DNA of 64,000 nt from Mobula birostris. Its lineage: Eukaryota. The stretch is taken from positions 50,512,777 to 50,576,776 of the forward strand of contig NC_092390.1 in assembly GCF_030028105.1 (NCBI RefSeq), in the 5' to 3' direction. The position numbers were made by a program, and so were the translations under genes. Positions 25,861 to 39,683 of this stretch are shown piece after piece. The notes below the pieces were generated by a model. The model ran no database searches. It worked only from the letters and a program-made list of their open reading frames with translations, and had not been told where the DNA came from. Within the stretch, counting starts at the first letter, position 1; each line of letters opens with the position of its first letter.

Positions 25861-28800
25861 TTTTAGTGCATTTCATCGTTCAGTTCCAAATATAAAATGA
25901 CGTGAGCAAAAACGATACTGTCATACATTTTAAGTAAATCCAATAGTAACTTTATGACAGAACAGAGGTGTTCAGTGTTAAATTGAGAGCATTGCTGCTA
26001 TTGCTGTCTAAGATCATGTGTATAAACTTCAGAGGTAAAATCGGAACAATTAATAGTTTGCGATTATTAACATCTAATAAATCAGAAACTGCAATATTTC
26101 TATGACAAGCGGACAATGTCAAAATCCCTATCTCGTGAAACATTAGTCATCAGCGTAGCGTTTATAACTATATATTACGATAAAGGAAATGGTAAGTAAA
26201 CTATTAGGAGATATCCGCCAAAAAAGGGAACGAATTTTTAAACTCATTTCACTATAAATACGTAATAGATCACTTTTATGGTAATTAGCAACATATATTA
26301 TTTTAATTAACGATCTTTGCCTAGAATCCAGAGCAACTATATAGTTATTAACTGAATCGCTACATGCAGAATCTCACCAAGTTGAGTCTACATTATATTG
26401 CAATGTATTTAGTCTCTGAACAATTTCTATTAGAATCTTCGAACCGTAATTCCTACGTATTTCGCCTATTGCTGTTTGCAAGGCTTCTAACTTCTTGCAG
26501 ATATAATCTATACTGTAAAACTCATTAGCAAGAATTGGAGATTGAACAAGTTATTTAAAACAACATCTTTAATAGTGTAATATCTCAGCTGTCTACTTTG
26601 ATAGTGAACATTGTCTTGGACAGTCTTATCAGCAGAGGACACCCGCTGTGAATATTGATTCCAGCTTGTTTCAAGCCATCAGCTGCCATCAGGACAGGTC
26701 AGGTCTGAATCCCACCTGGCGTCAAAGCAATTTAAAGGCAGCACTCACATTGAATTCTAATCCTTTGCCATAGCAGAGCCAGTTAAAACGGTCAAAAGGC
26801 AGGTTATTTCGCGACAACCCCGTAGAAAATAACTTCAGGAAACGAATTATTTTAATGTTTTTAGAGGCCTCGTTGCAGAACAACAATTGTATTTTGGTCT
26901 GATTGAACAACATAATCTACAATGCAAAGGCTACAATAAGGAAATTATTTTATAGAGCCATACAGTGGGAAACAGACCCTTCGGCCCAACTGGTCCATGT
27001 CAGCCAAGATTCCCATCTAAACTTATCCCATTTCCAGCGTTTGGCCCATATTCCTCTAAATATTTTCTATCCATGTACCTGTCCAAATCTTGTTCACGTA
27101 CCTGCCTCAACAACTTCCTCTTGTAGCTTATTGCATATATAGACCACCCTCTGCGTGAAACCTTTGCCCATCAGGTTCCTATTAAATTTCTTCCATTTCA
27201 GTTTAAATCTATGCCCTCTAATTCTTGACTCCACAACAATTAATGAAAGAAATTGCATTACGTAGGCAAACTGGAAAGAGACTTAACATAGCATCATAAT
27301 AACATATGAATTAAATTATTCTCCTCTAAAATGTCTACTCGCATTGATGTTTAGATTTTGTTCTTAAGAAAATAAAATTCAACCGTGGAGAAGACACGTA
27401 ATACTACAGTTTTCAATCATATCAAAATCTAAAGTTGAATCGTGTACATATAGGTTAAGTGGCGTAGATTGATAGAGTTTTCGACAAAAAAAATCCAAAA
27501 CTACAAATAAAAAGTGAAAGACGTGAATTTGTTGCTAATGAAATGGTTGTTTGCGTGCACGTAGGTCATACCTTGAGACAAACTTTTAAAAAAACCTAAC
27601 AGATAATACAGTTTTTAATTATACTTAAATGTTCACTCGATTAGCGGATTATCGCTTGGTCCAGAACGTCGGAGGCAAGAGTCGGCTATCTCAGCTTTCA
27701 ATGTTTATAAAGATTAATAGCTTAACACACGATACAGAAACAAACAAAAAAGTAGAAAACTAAGGGCCCTAGAACAACATATCACACATAGATTGAAGCA
27801 ACGTCCCTTGTCCATAATAACAGCATTGACTTTCAGGTTTGAGTTCATTCACTTTGTAATTAAACTAACCTTGTAATTACTTAATAACTATTCTTATTAT
27901 AATTGCTCTAAAATCCTACATTCTGCTATGAAAGATCGTTTCACCTTCACTAGCGACTTTTCCTTGAATACACCATTGAATAGCTTTACAGTACAGCGAC
28001 AAACCGCCACAGTCCAAGCTTAGAGTTAGAAACACTGAATGCGCACATGCGAGAGCATCTGGAGCTAATATTCTTTTCAGTCCTTGAACTTTAGATTTTC
28101 CCCAACATCTTGAAAGTAAGAAATTAAATCCAGATAAAGTTTGTATCTCAGCCTTACGCTGAAGCATTTACTGATATTGTAGAGAAGTATTCGTTATTAG
28201 TGTCGCTGCAATAATGAATCATCTACAGAAGTGCAGGAGTTAAAAAACGACCAAGTCCCGAATATCGCTGGCACTAACATTCAATGAATTCGGACATACA
28301 TGTTTCTTCAGCTTCATGCTGCACAAACACGTGCTAATGAAGGTTTGTAACATTACTATAAAAAGTAATATTTGTAGCTGCACTTAAAGAAGCACTACCG
28401 TGCAAAAATAGTTTTAAACATATGCAAGATTGTGTTTTAACTTAGCAACACCAGCTGGGTGCTGGATGGTTACAGCGCTGACATGCGATATATTGTCTAG
28501 CTCCCTGCATTTCCATCAGTCTGGTAACGCCTCTTAAGGTATTATCAGATGCAAATGATTTGATCTACATAATGTTTATAAAAAGATCCATGTAATTACG
28601 GCGGACAATAGAGTATAATTGAAGTACCGGATGGACGGTTAAAGTGCAACGCGAATTTGTTCCGCTGATTTGCAAGATGTCCCAAATGGGCTGGATCCGA
28701 TGGATTTAGTACGTTTCTACACAATGTTTAAAACGTTATCCACAGGTTATCTCAAAGTACTCTTACTTTAATTCAATAAAAACGGAGATTATCAACAAAA

Positions 28801-29469
28801 TACAGTTTTGATGGTTATTTCCAAAACAGCTTCAAGTCAAACATGCATATTAATTTACAAAAGGTTAAAAAGAACAGTGGATACAAACATTGTGTTTTTA
28901 TGTGGCAGAATACACAATTCTCTTGCTTCGGAGAGAGTCACTTGATATCCATTCATTAAAGATTGAAGTAACATGCGATATATCAACATTACACAGGTGA
29001 ACGGTATACAAAGCAGCAGAACGTCCTTGGCGCTTTTTAGAAAAAAACATCTTACTGTGCGCAAAGTATTTCCCAAAAGGTCTAAAACCAAATAGTAGCA
29101 AAGCTAAGGTAGGGGATATAAATTTCCAAGTGTTTGCCTTTGGAGTACACTATCGTATCCACAACTCAATTACCATAAGATTAAATGCAATATTAGATTT
29201 GGAAATACAAGATTTAATTGCAAGATGTATCTAGTAAAACTGAAATTATCTCATTGAATTAATTGATTTTTTCATGCCACACTTGATTTACAATAAAAAA
29301 TTCAAACTGTCAAACATAATTATTAGTAAATATTTGATATGTTACTTAAACTTGCACCTATTTGCAATTTAAAATGTAACTTTTCAGATGACATTGAGAA
29401 CTAAATATTCACTCAAACATGATTCTGCAGTATTAACAAAAATCCACAGCACCAGCAAGTAACTTTCCG

Positions 29470-29930
29470 TTACGTTTTCACACAATTGTCCTTTACTGCA
29501 ACGGCTAGCTGAAATTAAGTGTCCGCAAATAAAAACACGCCATTGTTTTCCATCTATTGTAATGGCAATGGTTATCCCTTTGAAGTTCGCCTAAACTATT
29601 ATTGTAATCACGCGTACGGAACTTGTCCATGCATATCCAAAGGCCTCTATAGTGTTAATAGCTGAGATTTGCTTCTGGGCTCTGTACCACGTGCACTGCT
29701 AGTATTACTCTCTGTCACGAACCCAGGCATTCATTCAACAGACCAGCTTCACACTCGGAGAGGAGCCCCACGACATAAGCGCAGGAGCAGAGGTTGCACC
29801 TTCATGTCGAGGGACTGCAATCTGCTTATAAAGGCAAACAGACGAGCAGCCCTAACATCGGATCAATTCATTGTCCACAGATGGTCACAAACCTAAAGCA
29901 TTAACTGGTAATTGTGTCAGGTGTGCACTG
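29470..29930 (+). promoter_or_regulatory. NKX1-2: NKX1-2 proximal promoter
   Basis: TATAAAG at 29827-29833, about 240 bp upstream of the ATG. TCF/LEF site CCTTTGAAG 29577-29585, Sox-like CATTGTT ~29541, T-box-like TTCACAC (~29477, ~29747) and AGGTGTG (~29919). Motif matches only. Confidence 0.5.
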
Positions 29931-30069
29931 TGAAGTGCGAGTATTTTGAAAATCTATTTTAGTTCCGAACTGATTTCTAGTGTGTGCCAACTTGTGTCAA
30001 AATCGCTGTCTTCTCTGTACTGTTACTCAAGCTCTGCCTACTGGGTAGATTCTAAAGTGGAAGAGGGCG

Positions 30070-30298
30070 ATGTTCGAGTGTCCGGAGAGTGGGGAAGAGA
30101 TGAGCCCCACTCACAAGATATCCTTCTCCATCATAGATATTCTCGACCCGCAAAAATTTACAGGTAAATCTCAGGCGTTTGGGCTGCAAGACAAGGGGCC
30201 AGATGAAAACAGTGTACTTAACAGTACAGTACAAACCTTAAAGGAGACAGTAAAGCTGAGTGCTGAAAAGAACAGCAACCAAATCGGCACCGAATCTG
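30070..30298 (+). CDS. NKX1-2: NKX1-2 coding exon 1 (contains eh1/TN repression motif)
   Basis: ATG at 30070. HKISFSIIDILDPQKFT matches the NKX1-2 eh1/TN motif. Donor TCTG|GTGAGT at 30299 is phase 1, compatible with exon 2. Confidence 0.92.
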
Positions 30299-33200
30299 GT
30301 GAGTAAATCATGTATGGTCCTATTTTAATCAGCCTCAGGATCTTATCATAACAAAACGATTTCGCCAATAGCCTTTTGATCGTACCAAAGTTACTCGTTT
30401 TTTTAAATTAGGCCACTTACCGGGTTTGTATTGAAACGTATAAACAGCTTGCATAGTACTAGTTTGGTTTGTTATTTTACCCGAATTTTCAACGAAAAGA
30501 AACGTGATTAACGGATACTCAGGTCGTATACTACCTATGTGCTTCTAAACCAATCCACTGTCAAAACTCCTTGAGATAATGAAATTGACCAACTGTTTTT
30601 AAAGGAAACCTTGTAACTTTGTGGGCAAGAAGTCTTCATTTACTGTATTCCATCGTCCATGGGGAAAAAATCACGCCATGATCAAAATAAGCAATAAATT
30701 AATGAATGAATTGGGCAGATACGTAACATGTTTACTCAATTATATATTTTTTTAAATGGAGAGACGGTTAAACCTACGGAAAATGTATCTTCTTGGATAA
30801 TTACATAACCACATCTGTTGGGCAAGTGTATTGAAATGGGAGACAAAAAAAGCTATTTTGTTGTATTTAAAACATCAGACCATCTCATGATTAGTGCATA
30901 GTAATTTAATATTTTCTCCCTTTTATTCTTATCGTGAAATGCACTGAAATCATAAATATGACATACACTTCTTGCCGTATCTTGAAAAACAATCACAGCT
31001 GTTCAATAACAGCTCTTTGCAGTGTGTGATTGGCACTGGGAGAGAGCCTGGGTAATTGTTTAAATCGTCCCACAGAGGATGCCGCTGCTCAAATGATCGA
31101 TATCCTATTACTGACTTGTGCATATCTCCTTCCAGCAGCTTGCAGGTACAGCAGCAAATACGCGAGTCTGAAGCAGATCGAAGGTCCAAATATTTTTCGA
31201 TTAAAACTTACCTTTAATAGATGGTATTATCGATCTGTTAAAATCTAAAACTCTAATTGCACATCGTGGCTAGTGTAGATTTGGATACCTTTTCGTGTAT
31301 CCTGTCATAACTCTCCATCTGCTTGAAGCAGTGCTTGGTTTCGTCCCAATCAGGATGCGATCAGTGTTTTTGACCACGTCCCCCTTACATTCCTTTGAAA
31401 ACAAAATCAAATATACTCATAATTTATTATTAGGTCTCAAGTCGAAGGTTCAGCAATGCAACTTGCGATAAACTACGTCAATAACAAAACTTTACTTTTG
31501 TTACCCGGGAGAGGCGTCACTCAATGACGCGCAAGTGCCCCTACTACAGTATAGGTATTCGGATTTACAATACCTTATCTTTCACCTGTAACTAAAAGAA
31601 TCAGCGCTGGCCACAGTTCCGAATTTTGACCACTGCTGTCACGGTATTGCACTTGTTCTCTAATTCACAAAAATACCGTTTTAGGTTTTAGATGAATTCT
31701 GGCACACATTTTGGAAACTTAGTTGACCTATGATATCTGACTGCTTGCGATTTTTCAATGGGACAGTCCATCCGTGAATCGCTAGACAATTTCAGACTTT
31801 GAAAAGAATTTATGAAAACCATGTTAATCCATGTCAGCGTGAATCTATACAATTTCTAATTCCCTGTAACAACTTTAAAAAAAGGACAAGGAATGGGGGG
31901 GGAGGGCACAAATAGAATAGGCAGTCTATGATTACTGCCGTGTTTTGATTTTGTTGAGACAAAACTGATCTACGATCCAGAGGTAATTGACAGATAAATA
32001 AATTCATAATTGACATAATTACTACTAATAATTAATTTTACGATGAAGGAATACGGATCGACTCACAAAGTCTGAACGAAATAAAGAAAAATGGGAAAAT
32101 GAATGTTTTGTTTTAATGGTAAATTTCATGCATTATAAATTATAATACTTCGCAAAGATTATATACAGTATATCGTTTTCAAGATAGCTAAACCCGCATT
32201 ACTAGTCCTTAAAACATACTCGAACATTTCTAGAACAATGTTTTAACTATAAAGACATTCAAAGTTAGTATCATTTCTCAAAATTGTTCACTTGTTTGAA
32301 TTGAGCTTTAAAATGGAATTTATTTTAGTGATTGGTCAATAAAACCTGTCAGTGTTGTGTACACAGGAGGTAGACTTTATAGAAGGAACATTGATTCGAG
32401 AGAGATAATGAAAGTATGGAAGCGTTGATTATACCGTATTTGCAATTTCCAGCAGTACCTCATGGTTGATAGTATATCTATTGGGCTATTGGGCACTACT
32501 CTCACAATCAAAACGTGTTTGTGCAAGTCTTCCCCCACCCCCCCACCCCCGTTTACAGTACACAGTGTTTAAAAGCACAACCACGGGCTAACTTTACTTT
32601 TTAACCATTTCTTTTTCAAAATTTTCCTTTGATGTCAAGGTTTTCAACATTTTTTTGAAAAAATTGATCTCCCTTAGGGTTATGGTCATGTAGTTGCCTT
32701 CTTTTTGGCACACACACTGTGCTACCTGTGTGTAATAAATGAGTGTAGTGCTTTACAGTTTGGGATTCCCCGTAGTTTTGGATTATATTAATAAATTGAA
32801 GTTCAAACTTGTTGCATTTATAAAGCTGAAAAGGGTATAAAAGTTTTATATCTACTAACTTCATGTAACAAATAAAACTTTGAATTACATAGCAGGAATG
32901 GCAAGAATATAAAAACAAACAATCCTAAATGCTGATCCATGTCAGCAAAACTAAACTAAGAAAAATCGTGCTAGCAGCCGCGACAAAAAGCAGATTGCAG
33001 ACTTTAGAGGAACACAGAGATACTACATGGTGTAGATCAGAACACCTTCAGATTGCACAGTGCCAATGGGAGGGGGCATCGGGTTGGTGGGAATGGAGTT
33101 GGGCCAGAGATATTTCCATATTTCCTTCTGATATAGAAGGATGCCATTTGGCCCATTAAGTTGATATTCACTCTCAGTGCATTCCCATTGCCCATTAATT

Positions 33201-34088
33201 TTCATTGTAATCTATTTTACCCATATTTGCACCTACACTTAGGAGGGAAAATTTGCAGTGGTTCACCCAGACATCTTTAGGATGTTGGAGTATAGAGGAG
33301 CACCAGAAGAAACCAATGTGATTCCAAAAAAAGATGCAGACTTTACACAAATAATACCTGAAATCAAAATTGAATGCAGGTCATTGGCACTGTGATGCAG
33401 CAGGTCTATAGTTCAAACGAGTAAGATACTGAAATAAACATGTTATTACATTATGGGTGTTGGCATAAGGTATAACCTGAAATCACCGAGTTAAATGATG
33501 ATGTAATGAAGATATTGCAGATTTCACCTCCCTGGAAGTATGACCTTTTACACAAGTAGGACTGTGCCCTAATCTATACTACAACCATAACTATCTATAG
33601 AATATTAATGACCCAAGCTTGGGTATATATGCTATGAAATATATATAAGCATAAATAGAAAGCAATAGCTGTATATAATTCAGCCCTCAAACATCTTTTT
33701 CAATGGTACCAAGGTATCTTAGTGAAGCAGACGCAGAACCTGTTCTGCTTATCCACTCTGGTTTACTACAGAATATGCATTTCTCATTTTACATTTAAGA
33801 GATATAATTCCGGCTTCAAGAGAGTGACACAAATACCTAGATAGGTGTCAATGCCATTTTGGCTGTTTGGAAATAGGATACTGTATCCTGAAATTGGACT
33901 GTAATAATCTAATTTTACACTAGTAAAAATGGTGAAACATAGTCCAGGATATTCAGTTCTAAATTCACTATTAAGTATTGATACTGTACATGTTGTATTT
34001 TAGTTTAAATGTTTGGATGTATTCCTTTTGACTCTATGGCTTTTAATAGCAATGTATTTGGCAACTTTTCATGTAATTCTATTGCATT

Positions 34089-34316
34089 GTGTGGGCACGT
34101 GGCCAAGTGGTTAAGGCGTTTGTCTAGTGATCTGAAGGTCGCCAGTTCAAGCCTTAGCTGAGGCAGCGTGTTGTGTCCTTGAGCAAGGCACTTAACCACA
34201 CATTGCTCTATGTCTGTGTGAGGAGTGGCGTGCCACACAGTCTTTTGTTCCGCGCTTTGTAAGGCATGAAAATGCCCGACGCTGGCCTCTTAGGCCTGAG
34301 TCAACGATCCCTCCCC
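34089..34316 (+). mobile_element. tRNA-derived CORE-type SINE in the NKX1-2 intron, with RTE-derived tail
   Basis: A box TGGCCAAGTGG, B box AGTTCAAGCC, CORE-like tgtgtccttgagcaaggcacttaacc; perfect 11-bp TSD tctattgcatt. Confidence 0.85.
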
Positions 34317-34691
34317 TCTATTGCATTCAGATAACACTGTAATAAAATAGATGGGAATATTTTAGAAGGCTGTTCTTTGTTCCAGTCAGTAAATCTACTG
34401 GACATAATATGACGTTTACTTTTATCCTTTGGGAGCAGTTCAGTAACTGATAGTTTAAAACAAAGTGCATATTGATACTTGTACTGAAGACTTGATTATG
34501 TTTTAAATGCCAATTATTTTACAATAACAAAAAAATTGAGAATTAACCACATATGCTGTAAGTTCGTTCAGAAAACATTCAGTTTCAAACCCAATTACTT
34601 CAGAATGAATATAGGTTTGACTATGGTAGTAGAGGAAAACAAATGGTTAAATATTATAGTTTGAACTGCATTCCAAAACCTCTATGGCTGA

Positions 34692-35333
<642 letters not shown>

Positions 35334-35599
35334 AAATATATACCTCAAGTAATGATTTACACAGAACAGATTGACAACATTTTTCAACCATCTTGTAATA
35401 ATGTAAGCGTCCCTCTTAAAAGGGCTGAGCAGCTCTAGAGAGGTCAATTTGTTTAGAGGCAGTGTTTAAAAGCATTATACTGACAAGGTTTGAGCTTCAA
35501 CAACATATTAGAGATATGCTGGTTCTTCATCTGAAACTAAGAACAAACAAACCTGATAGAGTCAGAAGAAATATATCTGCTTTTGGATTCTTATTGAGC

Positions 35600-35605
35600 A
35601 TTAAA
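35600..35605 (+). other. Candidate NKX1-2 polyadenylation signal (ATTAAA)
   Basis: First common PAS hexamer seen after the stop codon. The next AATAAA seen is at ~36968, beyond a MITE. Confidence 0.3.
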
Positions 35606-35685
35606 TCTAGGATTATAATTCTTAGATTATGAACCTAAAGACTAGCTACACCTGTATGTTCAGTCTATTGGTGCTAAAACAAATA

Positions 35686-36416
35686 CAGTGGATTCCTGTT
35701 AATTGGGCCATTAGTTAATTGGGACAGCAATTTATTTTGGACACCATGCCGCCTAATTGGGGCAGGGGTATGTTGCTGAACGGTTTCTAGCTACCATCAG
35801 TCGTGTGTATTTGCGTGGCTGTTAGACACTGCACTGTGTTTAGAGCGATCAGTTTTTAAATAGTAGTAGTAGCGTGTATTTGTGTTCAAAATGCAGTGAA
35901 TTTTGTCATTGATTGTCGACAAGAAACAGGCAGTAAGGCAATTTGGAATGATATTGCTCACCACAGTTTCTGGCTTGGAGATGCCAGAAACAGCTGGGAG
36001 TAAAAATGAAATGATTTCATTACTTTAACAAGTTAAGAATTACAAAGGTATTGACTATCATCTTGAATGTTACAATGAAAAAAAATTTGGAGAGAGGATG
36101 CAATCATTGAAGGCATTGTATGAAGGCAGTCCATTATCTGCTCTAGGTGCTTGCACTGATTTTGTTCATTTACAATCAATCAGAAGAACACAGCAGATGA
36201 ATTCCTCCATCGATAACTATTAAGAACTAATACACAGCTTTATAGTACTATAGAGTTATTAGTAGTTTTCTTATTTGTTCTGTATTTCATTTAAATACAT
36301 AAATTGTTACTTTGTTAAACAGTAGTTTAAGTATTTAACTATTTCCATGAAACTTCCGCTAATTGGGCCAAAATGTACTGGTCCCAATGTGTCCCAAATA
36401 ACCCCGGAATCCACTG
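35686..36416 (+). mobile_element. Tigger/pogo-like MITE
   Basis: TA|cagtggattcc...ggaatccactg|TA terminal inverted repeats; second copy at 9865. Confidence 0.85.
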
Positions 36417-38167
36417 TATATTCTTTAAAGTCCTTAAACTCTACCTTTGTAGAACCTTAAATGTTATTCCATATTAAGTGTTTTCAATCCCTTGTGGCCA
36501 GAATTATCACAAAAAAATGAAAATTCTTTATCAAATATAACGAATGACAGCAATTAAATGATAGGATGCATGAGATGGATATGCACTGAGATACAATAGT
36601 TAACAGAAAATGAGGCAAGAAAGGAAGTTGTCGTCCAAAAGTAGTTCAAGTTATTTTGTTATTCCAGATAACGGTTTATGATATCAGGTACAGTATTTTA
36701 CAGTTTTATGCCGCCTTCACTACCACAAGAGAATACAGCTTAATTAGAATGAATCTATATCCTTTTATTAACAACTTAATTTCGGAGAAGCATCATTACT
36801 TATTCCTGGATTCTTAAGGGAATTTGGCTTTGACAATCAATACATTTCTTTACAAAAGACAAATAAGTTTTTGACATAATAGAAATGCAATAATTTTCAT
36901 GAGCTGGTGTTGAACTTTGTGACTCCCAAAGTTTGGATTTTGAACATGCCAGGTTCACCATAGAAGATAATAAAGAAGGTTACTACAGTTTTTAACGTTC
37001 ATCATTTATAGCTCCATAGAGAGAGCAACTTAATTTCACATTGTTTAATTCCTATTGGTTGTTACAATGCAATTATATTACGTTTCCCGAATATTTGTTA
37101 AAGATTTTTTTTTGATTAACTATGATTAACTTGATCTGTCAATGTTTCTAGATGCTTGACACAGCCTTAGTTTCAAGAGAAATATAAACTGATAAATGTA
37201 GGATTATGGACATTCTAAAAGCTGGTTTTAAGGTTGTTTGAACCCACTGACACATTTTAGCTGTCAAAAAATAAAATCAGAATATTTGTGTATTAAAGAT
37301 ATTTAGGTAAAGCAACATCTTTAAACCTCACCCAATGCTAACCATGATTATAAATAATACATACCCACCTCAATTAAATGTAATGCTGATAATATCTGTG
37401 ATAATCCATGTGAGATAATTATAAAAATAGCAAGTCATGGGTATAACTTTAATATTAGGCTAAATATTTTTTTCTATAAAAGTTTGCTAATTAATTTCAA
37501 ATACAATGTGCCCCATGTTTGCATATTTGTTATTCAGATAAATAAATAACACAAAGCATGAAGCTCAAGGAAATAGCAAGCTGATTGTTCATGCTTATTG
37601 ATTTCAAATTATTTTAACAATATATCTGAAGATCAGAACAAGTTAAAAGGAACTGTAGAGGTTTATCTAATGCTTTATGCTATTTATACTATAAATTTTG
37701 GTTGAAAATGGATTTTTCTTAAATCAACATTGCAGAATATAATTTTCACTGCTCAAATGTCAAGTATTGAATCTAATTTTGATGGTTTCAGTTGAGGGTT
37801 AAATTGTGTCTGGGAGAATTGAAAAAAATTCTTTAATCTTCTCAGATAGTGGCTTGGTATCTTTTACAGCAACAAAGCTTCCAATAAACAATAAAAATAA
37901 CTGAAGATAAACTATCAAAGAAGTAGGGTCAGAAGAACATGCTTAAACTATATACAACATATTTTTGAAGAATTCCTTCCTTTGTGGTTTTTCTGTATTG
38001 TGAAGAAATATTAAAGCACAAATTGTAAATAAATAAGGTATTAAATGATAATAAAATGTTATTAATAAAGAGTTATTTTCTTTTGTTTTCGAAGTGTATT
38101 TAGTGATATTTCCTTCCACAGGACAAGCATTCTCAATGCATGATTTATGGTTTGCTACATATATTTT

Positions 38168-38473
38168 TGTTATGATACGCACCTGACTGCCCCAGCTTCC
38201 GAGGCGGAGGACACCGCAACTCTCTGGAATATGGATAGCTGGCAAGGTCCCTTTAAAGACTCAGGCCACCCCACTAAATGGCCGCCATGTTTTGATGCCA
38301 AGATTTTAATATTTAAAGAGCATGTGAACTGCGATTCAGTGCTCAATTGTTAGCTCAACTTCGGGTTCTTATCTAGTGTCTAGTTTAGATCCCTGTTCTC
38401 ATCTCTGTCTTATATCGTGTCTCAATTCTAATCTTGGATACACCAGCACTTGGGTCCTTGGTCTCTCATTACA
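38168..38473 (+). mobile_element. Possible short solo LTR
   Basis: TGTTATGA...TCATTACA termini; GC-richer than flanks; 3' cacttgggtcc motif similar to the 46604 LTR end; no clear TSD. Confidence 0.4.
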
Positions 38474-38741
38474 TTTCCTCATTGATTTGGAGATTTCTGT
38501 GAACTGATCTAATTTTGGGCATAGTACTGTCTTATAGGTTCCTGAACTGACTTCACCAGTTTGTGCAAATCACTGTGGTGGATTAGGATATCAAGGTGGA
38601 GACACAGGAGACCACAGATGCTGGAATTGCTGACGGAACTCAACTGATAGAGTAGCATCTGAGGAGGGAAGTCAATAGCCTGATGAAGAACCTTGACCTG
38701 AAATGTCAACTCTCTGCTGTCTGACCAATTGAGTTTCTCCA

Positions 38742-39225
38742 ACCTGATGGCATGAACATCGACTTCTCTAACTTCCGCTAATGCCCCACCTCCCCCTCGT
38801 ACCCCATCTGTTACTTATTTTTATACACACACTCTTTCTCTCACTCTCCTTTTTCTCCCTCTGTCCCTCTGAACATACCCCTTGCCCATCCTCTGGGTCC
38901 CCCCCGCTTGTCTTTCTTCCCGGACCTCCTGTCCCATGATCCTCTCGTATCCCTTTTGCCTATCACCTGTCCAGCTCTTGGCTCCATCCCTCCCCCTCCT
39001 GTCTTCTCCTATCATTTTGGATCTCCCCCTCCCCCTCCCCCTCCCCCTCCCCCTCCACCTTTCAAATCCCTTACTCACTCTTCCTTCAGTTAGTCCTGAC
39101 GAAGGGTCTCGGCTTGAAACATCGACTGCACCTCTTCCTAGAGATGCTGCCTGGCCTGCTGCGTTCACTAGCAACTTTTATGTGTGTTGCTTGAATTTCC
39201 AGCATCTGCAGAATTCCTGTTGTTT
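38742..39225 (+). mobile_element. Solo Penelope pLTR with hammerhead motif (39092-39127), inserted in an older Penelope-derived element (~38598-39250)
   Basis: Near-identical to 23797-24271. TSD gagtttctcca / gagtttctcta. HHR AGUC-CUGACGA-AGG..CUU-GAAA-CAUC-GACU. Confidence 0.85.
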
Positions 39226-39615
39226 GAGTTTCTCTAGCATTTGGCTTTTTGCTCTCCAATTCTAAGTACTTTGACGATCTCTTTTAATTTGAAGTGGGAG
39301 GGTATGGTTGGCAAAAAGCAAGTCACACCACACTATTTTCACAAGATCAGTTTTGTTTTCATAAATAAAATCCAGTGTTTAAAAGTGCATTTAACTCACA
39401 AATCATAAAGGCTGTACCCTATGCAGTTATGCAAATAGAAATCAGGAATATGAAAATGTTTTCTGTTTTTGCAGTGTTATCAAATGGTAGTAAAATGTAA
39501 CATTATGTAATCTATAACATCACTACATGCATTAGCTAACCTATAGAGATAGCTTCTTTCTGGGAAGGCATGAGTTGATTGTTGGACCTGAATTTATACT
39601 TGCACTGAATCTTAA

Positions 39616-39683
39616 AGGCACTGTGCAGAAGTCTTAGATGCATATATATAGCTAGGATGCCTAGGACTTTTCCACAGTACTGT
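39616..39683. mobile_element. Tiny palindromic Tc1-type MITE (second decayed copy ~40098-40160)
   Basis: actgtgcagaagtcttag..ctaggacttttccacagt inverted arms. Confidence 0.5.

Noticed and set aside
34089-34165. tRNA gene
   Set aside because: A/B boxes are followed by CORE and LINE-derived segments and flanked by a TSD, so it is a SINE head.
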